From contig NC_069003.1 of assembly GCF_001194135.2 (NCBI RefSeq), forward strand, positions 35,914,284 through 35,978,283: a stretch of 64,000 nt of DNA. The letters are read 5' to 3'. The first letter of the stretch is position 1. Every line of letters begins with the position of its first letter. Below the pieces are notes generated by a model, which saw nothing but the letters and a program-made list of their open reading frames with translations, was not told the DNA's origin and did no database searches. Both the position numbers and the translations under genes were made by a program. This stretch comes from Octopus bimaculoides (lineage: Eukaryota). This document shows positions 51,167 through 64,000 of the stretch, piece by piece.

Positions 51167-51689
51167 CTTACGTAGATACGCACAACTATACTGTACACAC
51201 GCACACACACAAACGCGAGTTTGTGTGTGTGTGTGTGTGCGTTGTTTATGTTTGTGGGTTTTAATATTTATGTACAGAAGCAGGCAAAAGTTTCCTGAAC
51301 TGTTGAAAGCAACTGAAGCAATCTCCGTTGCGATTCTGCTACTTTTATAACATTCACATGCTATGTGTTATTTTATGAAACTAATTCGGAATATTTACTA
51401 GGAAGAAACCTTGTATGCTACAGTAAACCTATAATTAAACATATTTAAAATATTTCTTCCTGCTGCTTATTATTATAAATTATAAGTACGTATGTATTTC
51501 ACTGACATATTTGCGAGAAAAACAAAATTTCCACAGATAAAAAATAATCATAAGATTATTTTTTATCTGTGGACACTATTAATAATGAACTTGTTTAAGA
51601 CAAAATATTTTTTTTTTAAATTGTGGTCTTCGCTTCTCTGTTGCCTGATACAGAACAATAATTTTGTACTCTGTGTACAAGGTTTGAAA

Positions 51690-52070
51690 CTTGAGGGAGT
51701 GGCTTAATCGATACCATCAATCTAGTACTTGACTGCTGCCTTATTTTATCTATCGGAAAAGGATGAAAGACAAAGCTGGCTTCGGCGGGGATTTGCAACC
51801 ACAACGTAAAGAGTCATTCATAACTGACTGAGGATTTGTGTTTTTTCTGACGCTCTAACGATTCTGCCATCTCAAATAAATATCATTATATCAAATTTAG
51901 ACATAAGGCCAGTAATTTGTAATACAGGGTTAGTGGATTATATCAACTGGTATTGAGTTTATCTAACCCTGAAGGCTGAAAGGGCAAAGTGAACATTGTT
52001 GAACTCAGAACATAGATATAACTAAATTGTTGAAGACGTTCGGCCGGTTCTGACGCCGCACTAATAATAA
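51690..52070 (-). mobile_element. Two degraded SINE family A copies
   Basis: ggatgaaagacaaagctggc...ctaacgattctgcc and gggcaaagtgaacattgttgaactcagaac motifs. Confidence 0.6.
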
Positions 52071-52495
52071 TAGCAGAAAGTATTTAGCCATTACTTCTTT
52101 ATGTTCTTAGTTCATAATTGAATGATGTCGACTGTGATTTTCTCCATCTCTAGCTCGATAAAATAAATACCAGTCATATACGAGAATTATTCAATCCATA
52201 ATTCTCTACCCTAAGCGCGTGTAGTCTCGAACCAACGTAATAAAGGATGGTTATTGTTGCTGTAATAGACACTGCAAAGTTCTTGACAGTTTTAGAACTA
52301 ATTTCAATCCATCGTGCGAAAACTACCTTTTATTTGTTGTATTTTCTATGTGTGTGTGTCTATATTTACACACACACACACACACATTGAACTAGTAAAG
52401 CTTCTTATTATTTCAAGCCCAGCACAAACATTGTGGTGTTATTGATAAAACGATTAAAACCTTATTCAAAGAAATCAATACATGTCGTGTTCAAA

Positions 52496-52543
<48 letters not shown>

Positions 52544-55500
52544 ACATTCTGTTTATCGGAAATTATGCAAATCGAAATATAATGAAAATGAAAACACTAA
52601 ACGCTGGAATATTAAAATCCTAAAACCACTTAAATAATACTACTTCTATAATAAATTCATCTCTGAAAAGCAAAAAAAAAATTTTTTAAAGTTAGGAAAT
52701 TGGAACGAATTTTCCGACATTTTTCTCTTTCTGAGAGGAAATTAAGTATTAAGAATATTTCAGCCATTCTCATCTCGACTTAGTTTTCTAAAATTCGAAG
52801 CACATCCTTCAAACTAATTCTATCATATACCCTAAATTCTTTAAAGACTTCACCACTAACTCGTAAAATGGTTTTGGTGTACAGCCTGAAATCTTGAAAG
52901 CCTTTCGCTTTTAGCTTTGAAATTTTCAACAAAGTGTTGGATTCAGCATATCAATCCAGAAGCATTAAAAGCAAAGCAGACCTGGGGAGGGAAATTAAAT
53001 AGAGAATGGAACCAGGTGTAGATATGGCAAGGTATTTGTGTGTGATGCACTCCTAATTATGCCAGTCTGTTTACGCTCACGCTTTCATTTCTGTGTTGGG
53101 GTGACGTGAAATTAAGCTAGCAAAATTAATTTATATCATTCGAAATTAATATAGGCAAAGCAAGGAGGAGTAGAAAAACATAAAAGTGCTGTAGAGTTTG
53201 ATATATGTTTATTCCTGTGTAAACATACTCTAAGTTTGATATATGCTTATTCTTGTGTAAGGTAAATAAGGATTAAATTTCCGAACCTCGGTTTCGTTCA
53301 ATCAGTTGTACACATCGACCAAATATGTTTCGTTTCCTGGAGATATGTTAGCACAATTACTGTGTTGATGACGCCTATCGAGACAGAAACACGTCTCCAC
53401 AGCTATCCCCAGTCTTCAGACAATTAGACTACCTTTTCTCGATGCCAATTTTGAAGAATTTTTAGTTCTTGAGATTACCTTCTCTTTCCATTTTGAGTTA
53501 GTCCAGCCTCCCTTGAAGCGGAGATACTTTCAATATTTCAATAGTTTATATTGTACGTTATTTAATATACCCTCATTCGTATAAATAAAATTTAAATAAA
53601 AAACATACAGACTTTTTGCGTAAGTTTTAAGTAGTTAGGTATTTCAGGTGATTGCTCAATGCCATCAGAACACCTGGCAGAGAAGCATGCTAATGGACTT
53701 TCCAATCCGATACACACATCTATCATGGTGTGAGAAAGTTATCATGTTTTTTGACGTCATTATAATGAAGGAAATAGACGATAAGAAGATGGTATTGGGG
53801 CACTGTTAGTGCTTATCGTAACAATACTGACTTAGCATTCAGGGGTTGAGTGGCTGGATATATTGCGATTGCATAAGTATATTCAATATTCTAAAGTGCT
53901 TCGTTGAAAGTGTGTGGAATCATCTGTATTATGTCCATAACCCATAGCCTCAGCTAATATTTTGGCCTTGTATGTGTATAGTTGGTCCTGCATCAGAGTG
54001 TCCGAATATCTCCATAAATTTTATGCATCAATGCCAATACTTATATACTTACGTATGCATAACTATGTGCGTGCGTGCGTGCGTGCGTGCGTGCGTGTGT
54101 GTGCGTGCGTGCGTGTGCGTGTATTTACGTATATGCTTGAAACTACTTTATCTAAAAGAATCCAGTTCTCAAGATAAAAAGAATGAAGTTTTATCTGACT
54201 GTTTCACGAACTCATAAACATCGTTATTTTTATTGTATATGAATGCGTTACTGTTATTGTATATGAATGTGTTTAAAATGGATGTAAAAGTCTGTTGTTT
54301 GTCTAAGGAGAATAGTTACTACAGAGAACAGTCCAAAGGTCAAATTAGAAATAGCTTCAAAGACATTACTCTGAGCATATTGACCCGTCCTATAAAGTGG
54401 ACTTTATTACAATGACCACTCATTTCTCCAGTGGATATTTGTGTCTTTCTACACACACACACACACACACACACTGAGAGACTCTTCGTCCACCAAACAT
54501 TTTGTCATCCTCCCTTTTGGTCAAGCTATTAATCTGCCTGAAACTGCCTCTGGTTCTTCGATACAAACTTCATAATCTATAGTGATCTAGATTAAATTTC
54601 ACGTTAATTTAAATTCTTAACACGAACTTAGTAGTCACGAAGATATTTAACTAAATTCTTCATTTTCAAAATTTATTGCAGCAAAGGGACAGTATTTCAA
54701 CAATAATGTGATAACAGGGTTAAACCGACCCTCCACTTCCGTAAAACGTTCGCTGTTTGAAGGAATGAAAAGGCCACCAGAAATATCGACATTTTTCGAT
54801 AAGGATCATGAACAAAAAGAAAACAAATGGCCATTCTTCTAGCAAGTGCACAGTCATTTAGGAAAGCTGCAATCTCTGACCCACCATCAACACCAACAAT
54901 AAAAAGTTTTTTTCAAGTTCTGCGGTGCTCGAAATGTGAGGACGCATACAGACCTGCAGGCACTGATGCTCTTCTTCTTCTTCTTCTTCTTCGGCCACGA
55001 GTGGACGGCCGTGATATGTCGTAATATACGTTCGTATGCATGTATGCTTATATACGGGCTTATATGCGTGTATGTATGCACGGTCATACATTTTTGTTTT
55101 TTATTCAAGTCTTCGCAGAGTCCAAACCGTTTACTAACAGAGAGGCATTTTTTTATCATTTGAAACAAGACAATTCCATGTTATTTGTGAATAAGTGAGT
55201 GAATGGATGTACATATATGTAGTAGATATATGTGTAGATATCATTTCACTCATATACTGGGTGTACATGGTTTTTCAAGTATCGATGTGAGATTGCTCAT
55301 GTGTGTGTATATCATACACACATATATGCCTGTGAGTATATGGTCATTCCAGGAAAGACAAATAGAAAATATTTGGAATGTTCTACAAATCGATTGGATT
55401 TGAAGGAGGTCTGTTTTCTTTGAAGTTTCATGAGAAACCTCACCATTCTCAGGCTTTTAAAACAAATAAATCTGTTGTTACAAAGCGCATTCTATCCGCA

Positions 55501-55734
55501 TTTGGTCATTATTCTATTTTTCCTCAACTTTAACCGAGTCATTCACATCTGCTAGGTTCCTGAAGCATATAACAATGCATGTCTTGTTTCATATTACATG
55601 GAATATCAGATCTGTTGTGCTTTAACCGGATTGCTGTTTCTATTACAATATTCCAAAGGTATTTCTTATTTTTAAATATGTGAATACATTTTTGTTTTGA
55701 TGTGACTTTAGTGTGGCTATCAGGATATTCCTCC

Positions 55735-56023
55735 TAACCCTAACTCATGGACACAAGCAACGATTTCTTTACCGAATCGTTACTGGCGACGAAAAATGGT
55801 GCCTGTACATCAATATGAAGCAGCGTAAGGAATGGCTTAGCCCCGGTAAACAAGCGACAAGTCGAAATACCAACGAGTTATTGAAAATCTTGTTGAACGA
55901 TGGGAAGAAGTTGTAAACAACAAGGGTGAATACATTATTGATTAATTAGTTGTTATTTTTTATTAAACCTTTTAAAAAATTTTAATTTTAAAAAACGGCG
56001 GGAACTTAGTTGCCAACCCAATA
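55735..56023 (+). mobile_element. Mos1-type mariner relic with right TIR
   Basis: FLYRIVTGDEKWCLYINMKQRKEWLSPGKQAT contains the first catalytic Asp (TGDEKW); ends gaacttagttgccaacccaa+TA. Confidence 0.85.
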
Positions 56024-58196
56024 TGATGTCACTATGTTAGGACCGTCTTGATTGATGTATCAGGTTTATTGGGAAATTTTCTCACCTAGCATAACAAGTA
56101 TGTTTAGTTACATTCTTATATCGATTATGAATCATGGGGATTCTTAATGACTGATGTTTTATTAATAATGTTTATTAAAGAGTTACTGGATGTAAATAAC
56201 ATTTACAAAGCCATAGAAATAACAACACAAATATATAAACAGATAATACAAAAAAATCTAGAATCTATTCAGCTATTTTGACATAAGACGGCACCAAGTC
56301 GTTTTCTACTTTTCTTATTGATGTCACTGATTCTTGTTTTGACAGTATTTTTCAACTATTCAAAAAATACTCTCTTGTTTCACTACGAACATCCCTTACT
56401 TTCTGACAGCTCTAATTAATTTTCTGTTAGAATTTTTATTCTAAATGTGCTATGAATGCGTTTTGAATCATAAATCTGACAATATGATAAAAACCACTAA
56501 ATATTATCAGCAGCATCCTGTTTGGCAAAATAAAAACACTATTGCGTTGACAGTTCTAATTTATGTATCTGATACCATTATTCAACAAGAAAACAGTGGA
56601 GGATGAGAGGGTAAATGCCTGATGTATAAATTGAGAATACAACACACATTCCCTGTACCAAGTATTTTACCAAAATCCTTTCTAGAAATGCAGCCCTTTA
56701 GAACCCTATCTCACATCGCATCTTCTCAGCAGATGTTAAAGTTGAACATCAATCAATTTCACCAGTGTAAGAGACTGCTACGCCCCTTACAATATATATA
56801 TATATATGAAACACACATATACAGTTAAAAAGCATATATCTTCATTAGTCCAAAAGTGAAATGGTATTGTTGTTTGTTTGTAATACACCAATATAAAGAG
56901 TTGGAGATTAATAAACCTCCAAGCTATCTTTGAGATTTGTTAAACGAACTATTGGTACTGGTACTCTGCTTCCGGAAAAACAAAGATTTATTATATTCGA
57001 CTTTGCTTCTTCGAATGATTGGCAGGTCGTAAGAGAGCCAGTCTACTTCGCCTGCGTACCTACAAATTGCTGATAATAGGTATGAACGTCGCTCAATTTC
57101 ATTTCCTTCCCCCCCCCCCGCCACACCATAAATCTACGTCTCGTGAATAAGAAATTCGAGATTATCTTATCTCATTGTAGAGAGCGAAGACGCTTAGATC
57201 AATAGGTTGTCCAGAGAGCTCGGGGTTTCATATTCTGTCACTGATATTGCGTTGCCACAAAGTATGTTTCCAAAACAGAATATCAGGCAACAGCGGCGGT
57301 AACATTGTGAAAAAAAAAAGATGAGTGAAAGACTGCACTATTATCTCAGCAGAAGAAGTTGCTTTCGATCAACCCTCGTTCTATCCAAGGAGAAAGAGCT
57401 TTATTTCCATTGGGTTTTGCATTACGGAAACCTGAAATAAGTAATTCCTTGTGCATCCTTCTGCTATAATATTAAACTTCTTATTTGGTTAACCCTTATT
57501 TGCATTTTCAAAAAATGGAGGGGACCGTAAGCATTGTAGAGTGAAGCATCAAATTGCGAACGAGCTGAATCCACGAACCGGTCACGATTTCATGCCGGAA
57601 CTGCTTCGTATAATTCCACGCTGCTAATGTCTTTCTGAACGACACAGTCTCGTTTTCCTCTTTGCATCTGTAAGATTTGGAGCAAATATAAGAAAACATT
57701 GGTAACAGGTCGTAAAAGAAAATAGCACAGGACTTCCCCTGGTTCGAATCCGGATACTGCTATCCCATTTGCAACTTTGTAGTCGAGTAAATAGAAACCA
57801 GTGACCGAATTGAATGTAAGCAGCAACATCCTGCCAAACGGCGAAAAGACACGAACTGTCAAAAAAATATATAAAAAGAAAAAAAAACATGTTTGCTGGT
57901 TTAATTGTAATAGATATACAGAATTCAACTTCAATCACGGAAATCAAGTGTGACTTTTAAATAGTACGTTTGCGCTCGCTCTCTCTTTCTCTCTCTCTCT
58001 CAAATATTTTGGTGTTTCACTGTCCTAAATTCTTACAAACATTCTATCCCTCTCTCTTTGTATGTTTCTCATCTTTTATTATTTGCCTCACAAACTCTCA
58101 CTCCAATATTTTCAATACAGAACAACATAGCGCTATCTTTAAAAACACACGCGTTTGTGTATGAGCCTATATGTACATCTGCCTAAATTAAACACA

Positions 58197-58239
<43 letters not shown>

Positions 58240-58755
58240 TCTATCATCGTTACAATCTGTGTTTGAATGGGAGGATATGTATGTGTATACGCGTGCATAC
58301 ATGTATATGCAAATAGCTATGCATACCTTTTTTTTATGTCAGCTCGAATATCTTTGTATATAAACTTGCATATATATATCTCCATGCATTTGTGTGATTT
58401 CACTGTATGTATGTATTTGCAATATGTATGTCTTTATGCATATGTCTCTACATACTCAAAGTGTGTGATCGCATGAAGTCCGACTCGGCTTTACACCATT
58501 TTTCATCTGGCGTAGCCTGCTGATTATTAAAAAGCCTGGCTGTTAACAAACCATCTGGCGAGACCAAAAACCGAGGGGAAGCAACATCCGAATTGCTCTA
58601 AACCATATGCATCCTCCTGAAAATCACCAATTTATGATCACAAGAGCAGGCAAGAAGGAGGTTCGTGTCATCTCTGAAGGAAAAGGAAATATAGCTTTAC
58701 GCACACGTATTTATATATGTGCAAGTCTATTTCACCTCAGTGTACGTATGTGAGA

Positions 58756-58817
<62 letters not shown>

Positions 58818-60039
58818 CATGTATTTGTTTGTACAGCCAGTTTACAAGGGTTCAAAGTGAGGGTGTGTGTGTGTGTTCAAGAATATGCGGTTATGTCTCG
58901 CTAAGAACCTATGTCTGTATGTATATGTGCGTGGTGCGTACGCGGCAGTGCGTGCATTGTGCGAGAGTATGTTTTTCTTGAGGAATATTACTATCGGGCC
59001 ATGTGAAAATAATAGTTCTTGGTGATGGCGGTGGTTGCTATGATGGTGGCGAAGGAGGAGGAGTAGAGGATTTCAGTAGTGACAGCGACGGTAGGGTCGT
59101 GGTGGTGGCTATGAAGGTGGGGAAGATGCGTTGATGTTAGTGATGAGGGTTACGGTAGTGTTGATATAGCAGGCGATGTCGACGGTGCAGACAACAGCGG
59201 TGAGGATCGTCGATGGATGGATGGATGGATTAGAGACACAGAGGAAACGAAAGCAGACATTACAGACGTCAGACACCCAAATGAATGGGAGGACAGAAAG
59301 TCAGGTCGAACGGTCGATCGGTGAAATCAATTCGAAGGCGTGAAAGATACAATACACAAACCAACAGTAATGAACGATTAAACAAATAAAAAACAAAACT
59401 GACAAATTTCTCTAATCTTTAGATAAGTGAAATATCCCTGAAGTACAAAAACGAATATATGGTTGGTTGGTTGGTTGGTTGGTTGGCAGACAGACAGACA
59501 GACAGACAGACAGATATAAGTATGCGAGTGTGTATGAGTGTAATTTGAAAGTGTGTGACATTATGGTTACAGTCTAGGGCTGGCGATCAAAAGGATGTGG
59601 ATTCCATTCCTGGACTAAGCAGCTGAAAACAAGTACCGGCTAAGTATAGATGCTGCCCTTTCTCCCTTCAGCTGCCAAACGTTTGATGTTCCACTGGCTC
59701 AAGGGGTGATGGTGTTGGTGACCGAAAGAGTGACTATGTCTACTCGCAAAACAACGAACTCTTGCAACAAGCTCCTAAGTCGTTCTCAAATAGAACGAAC
59801 GACATCTATAAGAGTAGAGCCAAACTAGGACAAAATACATCGGAAATAACCTTCGGTTTAAAATGTAAGACAGAAACCCCTACGATTTAAAAAAAGAAAT
59901 ATTAACAAATTACGTTTTTTGAGAGGAAAAAAATCATTAAACAATTAAGAATTCAATTAATTCATTAATTTTAGCTTTTAATGTAATTATAGAGAATAAA
60001 GACTACTAATGTTTTCGTTATGGAATATACATTATAAAC

Positions 60040-60500
60040 TGACACGCCGTCGGTTACGACGATAAGGGTTCCAGTTGATGCGATCAACGGAACAGCCTGC
60101 TCATGAAATTAACGTGCAATTGGCTGAGCATTCCACACACACACACACGTATACCCTCAACGTAGTTCTCATGGAGATTCAACGTGAAACAGTATGTGAT
60201 AATGCTGGCTTTTTGAAGTACAGGTGCTACTCTCCCTTGCTAGCCTAGTGGACTGGAGTAACGTGAAATAAAGCGTCTTGCTCAAGGACTCAACGCGTCG
60301 GTTATTCCACTCGAAAACTTGAAAAATAATCCTTTCAGCTATAGGCACGATGCCAGCAAGTCCGTGGCAGTGAGTAATTGACCTCATGTTCAATTTTATC
60401 GAACTCCGAAAGGATGAAAGGCAAAGTTGCCCTCTGTGGAATTTGAACTCAGAACGTAAAGACAGACGAAATACCGCTGAACATTTCGCTCGACATACTA
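60040..60500 (-). mobile_element. SINE-like repeat (family C, related to 19420-19560) followed by a family A head
   Basis: gtggactggagtaacgtgaaataaagcgtcttgctcaaggac resembles the 19450-19490 segment; 60390-60495 is the reverse complement of family A. Confidence 0.6.
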
Positions 60501-62379
60501 ACGTGTCTCAATGGAATAATGATTAGTCACAAAAGCTTTTTTTTTTTTTTTTAACCAAGGCTGTTTTATCTTTCTTTGGTTTTCATTGAGAGATACCTTG
60601 TTGAAAAGGTTTATTGTAACGGGTTTTGCCCAAAGGATTCTTTCCAGGGAAGAGTGTGTAAGATAATATAAAACAAAAATGTGGAACGAAAAGAGCGAGC
60701 GACACTGGATGCGTGCACGCTTCTCGAGATCGTTTTCGGGGTGAGAAGTCGGATGGAAAATTCGCCGAGAATTCATTAATTAAAAATTATTTTCCCCGTA
60801 ATAATTCACTTATCGCAGTATTTTAATATCTAACAGCATCCTAATACCTAACCAAACACAGAACCAAAGAATGAGCCTGGTCCAATTCACACCATTTGCA
60901 ATCAACAGACAAATGTTGGTACTTTTTTTTTTTCTTAGTAACATTTATGCCCGAGTAAGAGGTTCAGCATGATAGTAGCGTGTGTGTGCAGGTAGGTAAG
61001 TTTCGTAGGCGCTGATATGCGTCTCCATCTTCAGACTCACAACGGATTTTCATACAGATTACGTTATAAATCTTAACTGAAAAGGCATTGGGTGACCGGA
61101 AGGCAGAGAACACGCCTCTTGCCCAGAGTGGAGAGCAGGATCGTGCGTACCCAAAGCCACTTGGTTATACAGATATCTTTAGTCGTATAGCCAAGATAGT
61201 TAAGAATCAATAAAAGTACTCGATACTATTGAAGAGAGAGCGTCTAATTATATATTTCAGTGACTAATTGCAAATTGCAAGATGTTTCTTCTAGGACACA
61301 GGAAAATTTGCTTCTTGTGTCATGATTGAAAAGGAATAAAGTTAAAAGATAATCACAGGCTGGTGGGGTTACGTGTGTTTGTATGTGCTTGCATGTCAAC
61401 ACACACTTATTTCCTATAACATGGCCAGATGTTTCAACCCGCTTTTCAAGCGTTTTACTGACTGCTTTTTTGTGGATAAAACAATAAGTGGGCCAACATT
61501 TTACTCCCGATCTCTTTCTCTCCCTTCACTCCCCCTCCCTCTCTCTCTCTCTCTCTCGCTCTCTCTGTATATATGTATGTGTGTGTTGATATAAAGGAAG
61601 AGGAAAACATAATACCACGGTAGAGTAATTTATTTTGGTTATTTCCAATGGAGTTTTTTCCTCAGACAGGAGAATACTAGAACCAGTTTGGACTGCATTA
61701 TATCGATTGCATTTGTTGAATCGCTTTATGCATAAATAATGAGAGAGAGTTACCCATCCGTGGATCCATCCAGCATTCGCACATGTATAAGCACGTGAGG
61801 GGACAGAGAGCGGATCTCTCCCTCTCTCTTCCCTTCTCTCTCTTTCTCTCTCACTCACACAAACAAACACTGTGTGTGTGTACTCATACGCATACATACA
61901 CGTATAAACACGCACACGCAACCATATACACAAAACACAAGTACACACAAGGCGCATACACACTTCCTCCCCCTCCCCACACAAACATTGGTGTAACTGA
62001 AACATTATGTAAACATAACTAAATATTGATGAGGCGAACGTGTTCTTCTTGAAGTACAGAATGTTGCGTGTGGGGGGGGGGGGCGTGTGTGTGTGCGTGT
62101 GTGTGTATACATGTGCGCACACATACATACACACCAAAACCCTAGGATCTATTCCATCTCATTGAGATGGAATAGATCCAAACCCTACATACATGTACAC
62201 ATACACGAGCGCATACACATTATACATACATATACACATATATACATGTATATATGCACACATGCAGGTATACACACATACTAACAAACATACATTCATA
62301 AATTCATTCATACATACACACATATGCACCGATACACACATACACATTTACACGCATACAAACATTTACACGCATACAC

Positions 62380-62420
<41 letters not shown>

Positions 62421-62468
62421 CTTCTGCACATGCACAAATGTATACATATACACGCACAGAGCCCACAT

Positions 62469-62516
<48 letters not shown>

Positions 62517-63715
62517 CAGTGCTTACAGATCTAAGTATGTTTTTTCTCTCATGCTAAGAGGAGAATTTCAATAAAATAATCCAGTTTCACAACACTCCTT
62601 AAATTACAATAATGAATTCATGTCACTGAGAAGTTTTTGATATTTCATCAATAATAAAAATAAAAACGGTGGCANNNNNNNNNNNNNNNNNNNNNNNNNN
62701 NNNNNNNNNNNNNNNNNNNNNNNNNNNNNNNNNNNNNNNNNNNNNNNNNNNNNNNNNNNNNNNNNNNNNNNNNNNNNNNNNNNNNNNNNNNNNNNNNNNN
62801 NNNNNNNNNNNNNNNNNNNNNNNNNNNNNNNNNNNNNNNNNNNNNNNNNNNNNNNNNNNNNNNNNNNNNNNNNNNNNNNNNNNNNNNNNNNNNNNNNNNN
62901 NNNNNNNNNNNNNNNNNNNNNNNNNNNNNNNNNNNNNNNNNNNNNNNNNNNNNNNNNNNNNNNNNNNNNNNNNNNNNNNNNNNNNNNNNNNNNNNNNNNN
63001 NNNNNNNNNNNNNNNNNNNNNNNNNNNNNNNNNNNNNNNNNNNNNNNNNNNNNNNNNNNNNNNNNNNNNNNNNNNNNNNNNNNNNNNNNNNNNNNNNNNN
63101 NNNNNNNNNNNNNNNNNNNNNNNNNNNNNNNNNNNNNNNNNNNNNNNNNNNNNNNNNNNNNNNNNNNNNNNNNNNNNNNNNNNNNNNNNNNNNNNNNNNN
63201 NNNNNNNNNNNNNNNNNNNNNNNNNNNNNNNNNNNNNNNNNNNNNNNNNNNNNNNNNNNNNNNNNNNNNNNNNNNNNNNNNNNNNNNNNNNNNNNNNNNN
63301 NNNNNNNNNNNNNNNNNNNNNNNNNNNNNNNNNNNNNNNNNNNNNNNNNNNNNNNNNNNNNNNNNNNNNNNNNNNNNNNNNNNNNNNNNNNNNNNNNNNN
63401 NNNNNNNNNNNNNNNNNNNNNNNNNNNNNNNNNNNNNNNNNNNNNNNNNNNNNNNNNNNNNNNNNNNNNNNNNNNNNNNNNNNNNNNNNNNNNNNNNNNN
63501 NNNNNNNNNNNNNNNNNNNNNNNNNNNNNNNNNNNNNNNNNNNNNNNNNNNNNNNNNNNNNNNNNNNNNNNNNNNNNNNNNNNNNNNNNNNNNNNNNNNN
63601 NNNNNNNNNNNNNNNNNNNNNNNTGTGTGTGTGTGTGTGTGGTGCGCGCATGCGTGTGTCACTGGAACTATCTGAGCTCTACGTTTGTATTGAATACTCT
63701 TCCAGATCTTTACCC

Positions 63716-63764
<49 letters not shown>

Positions 63765-63766
<2 letters not shown>

Positions 63767-63950
63767 GGCGGCGAAGCTGGCAGAATCGTTAGCACGCCAG
63801 GCGCAATGATTAGCGGCATTTCGTATGTCTGCACGTTCTAAGTTCAAATTCCGCCGAGGTCGACTTTGCCTTCCATCCTTTTGGGGCCGATGTAATCGAC
63901 TAGCCCCTTCCCCCAAAAATCTTAAGGCCTTGCGCCTGTAGTAAAAAGAA
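63765..63950 (+). mobile_element. SINE family A
   Basis: aaggcggcgaagctggcagaatcgttagcacg...aagttcaaattccgccgaggtcgactttgcc; ends in (ATT)n. Confidence 0.85.
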
Positions 63951-64000
63951 TTATTATTATTATTATTATTATTGCTGTTGTTGTTATTATTATCGTTGTT

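Noticed and set aside
57740-57770. GGTTCGAATCC tRNA T-loop-like motif
   Set aside because: No D-arm, anticodon arm or acceptor stem can be folded upstream.
247-63841. Long ORF-track entries full of X, and the many HTHT/CVCV/YIYI/RERE ORFs
   Set aside because: Artefacts of N-gaps and of (CA)n, (TA)n and (GA)n microsatellites.

Overview
Eukaryotic, AT-rich, microsatellite-dense scaffold with nine N-gaps. The SINE families and repeat landscape look like an octopus (coleoid cephalopod) genome; this is recognition, not proof. The left ~23 kb holds one multi-exon gene on the minus strand. I reconstructed it by hand from GT-AG splice sites with consistent phases: 20 exons, 22873 to 1310, about 989 codons, 3' end unresolved. 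It encodes a type II membrane protein: short cytosolic tail, single TM helix, SEA domain with an intact GSVI cleavage motif, Thr-rich mucin repeat, then FIVE tandem Frizzled-type cysteine-rich domains (FZ-CRDs) separated by Ser/Thr linkers. Each CRD is split over two phase 1-1 exons. CRD1-3 show exon-bounded near-identity (mosaic homogenisation). All five CRDs have a shortened Cys8-Cys9 segment lacking the canonical Wnt lipid-groove helix. The remaining ~41 kb has no convincing coding exon. It consists of tRNA-derived SINEs, mariner, Penelope and LINE relics, foldback elements, tandem repeats and microsatellites. CpG appears depleted in the gene body and retained upstream of ~19.5 kb.
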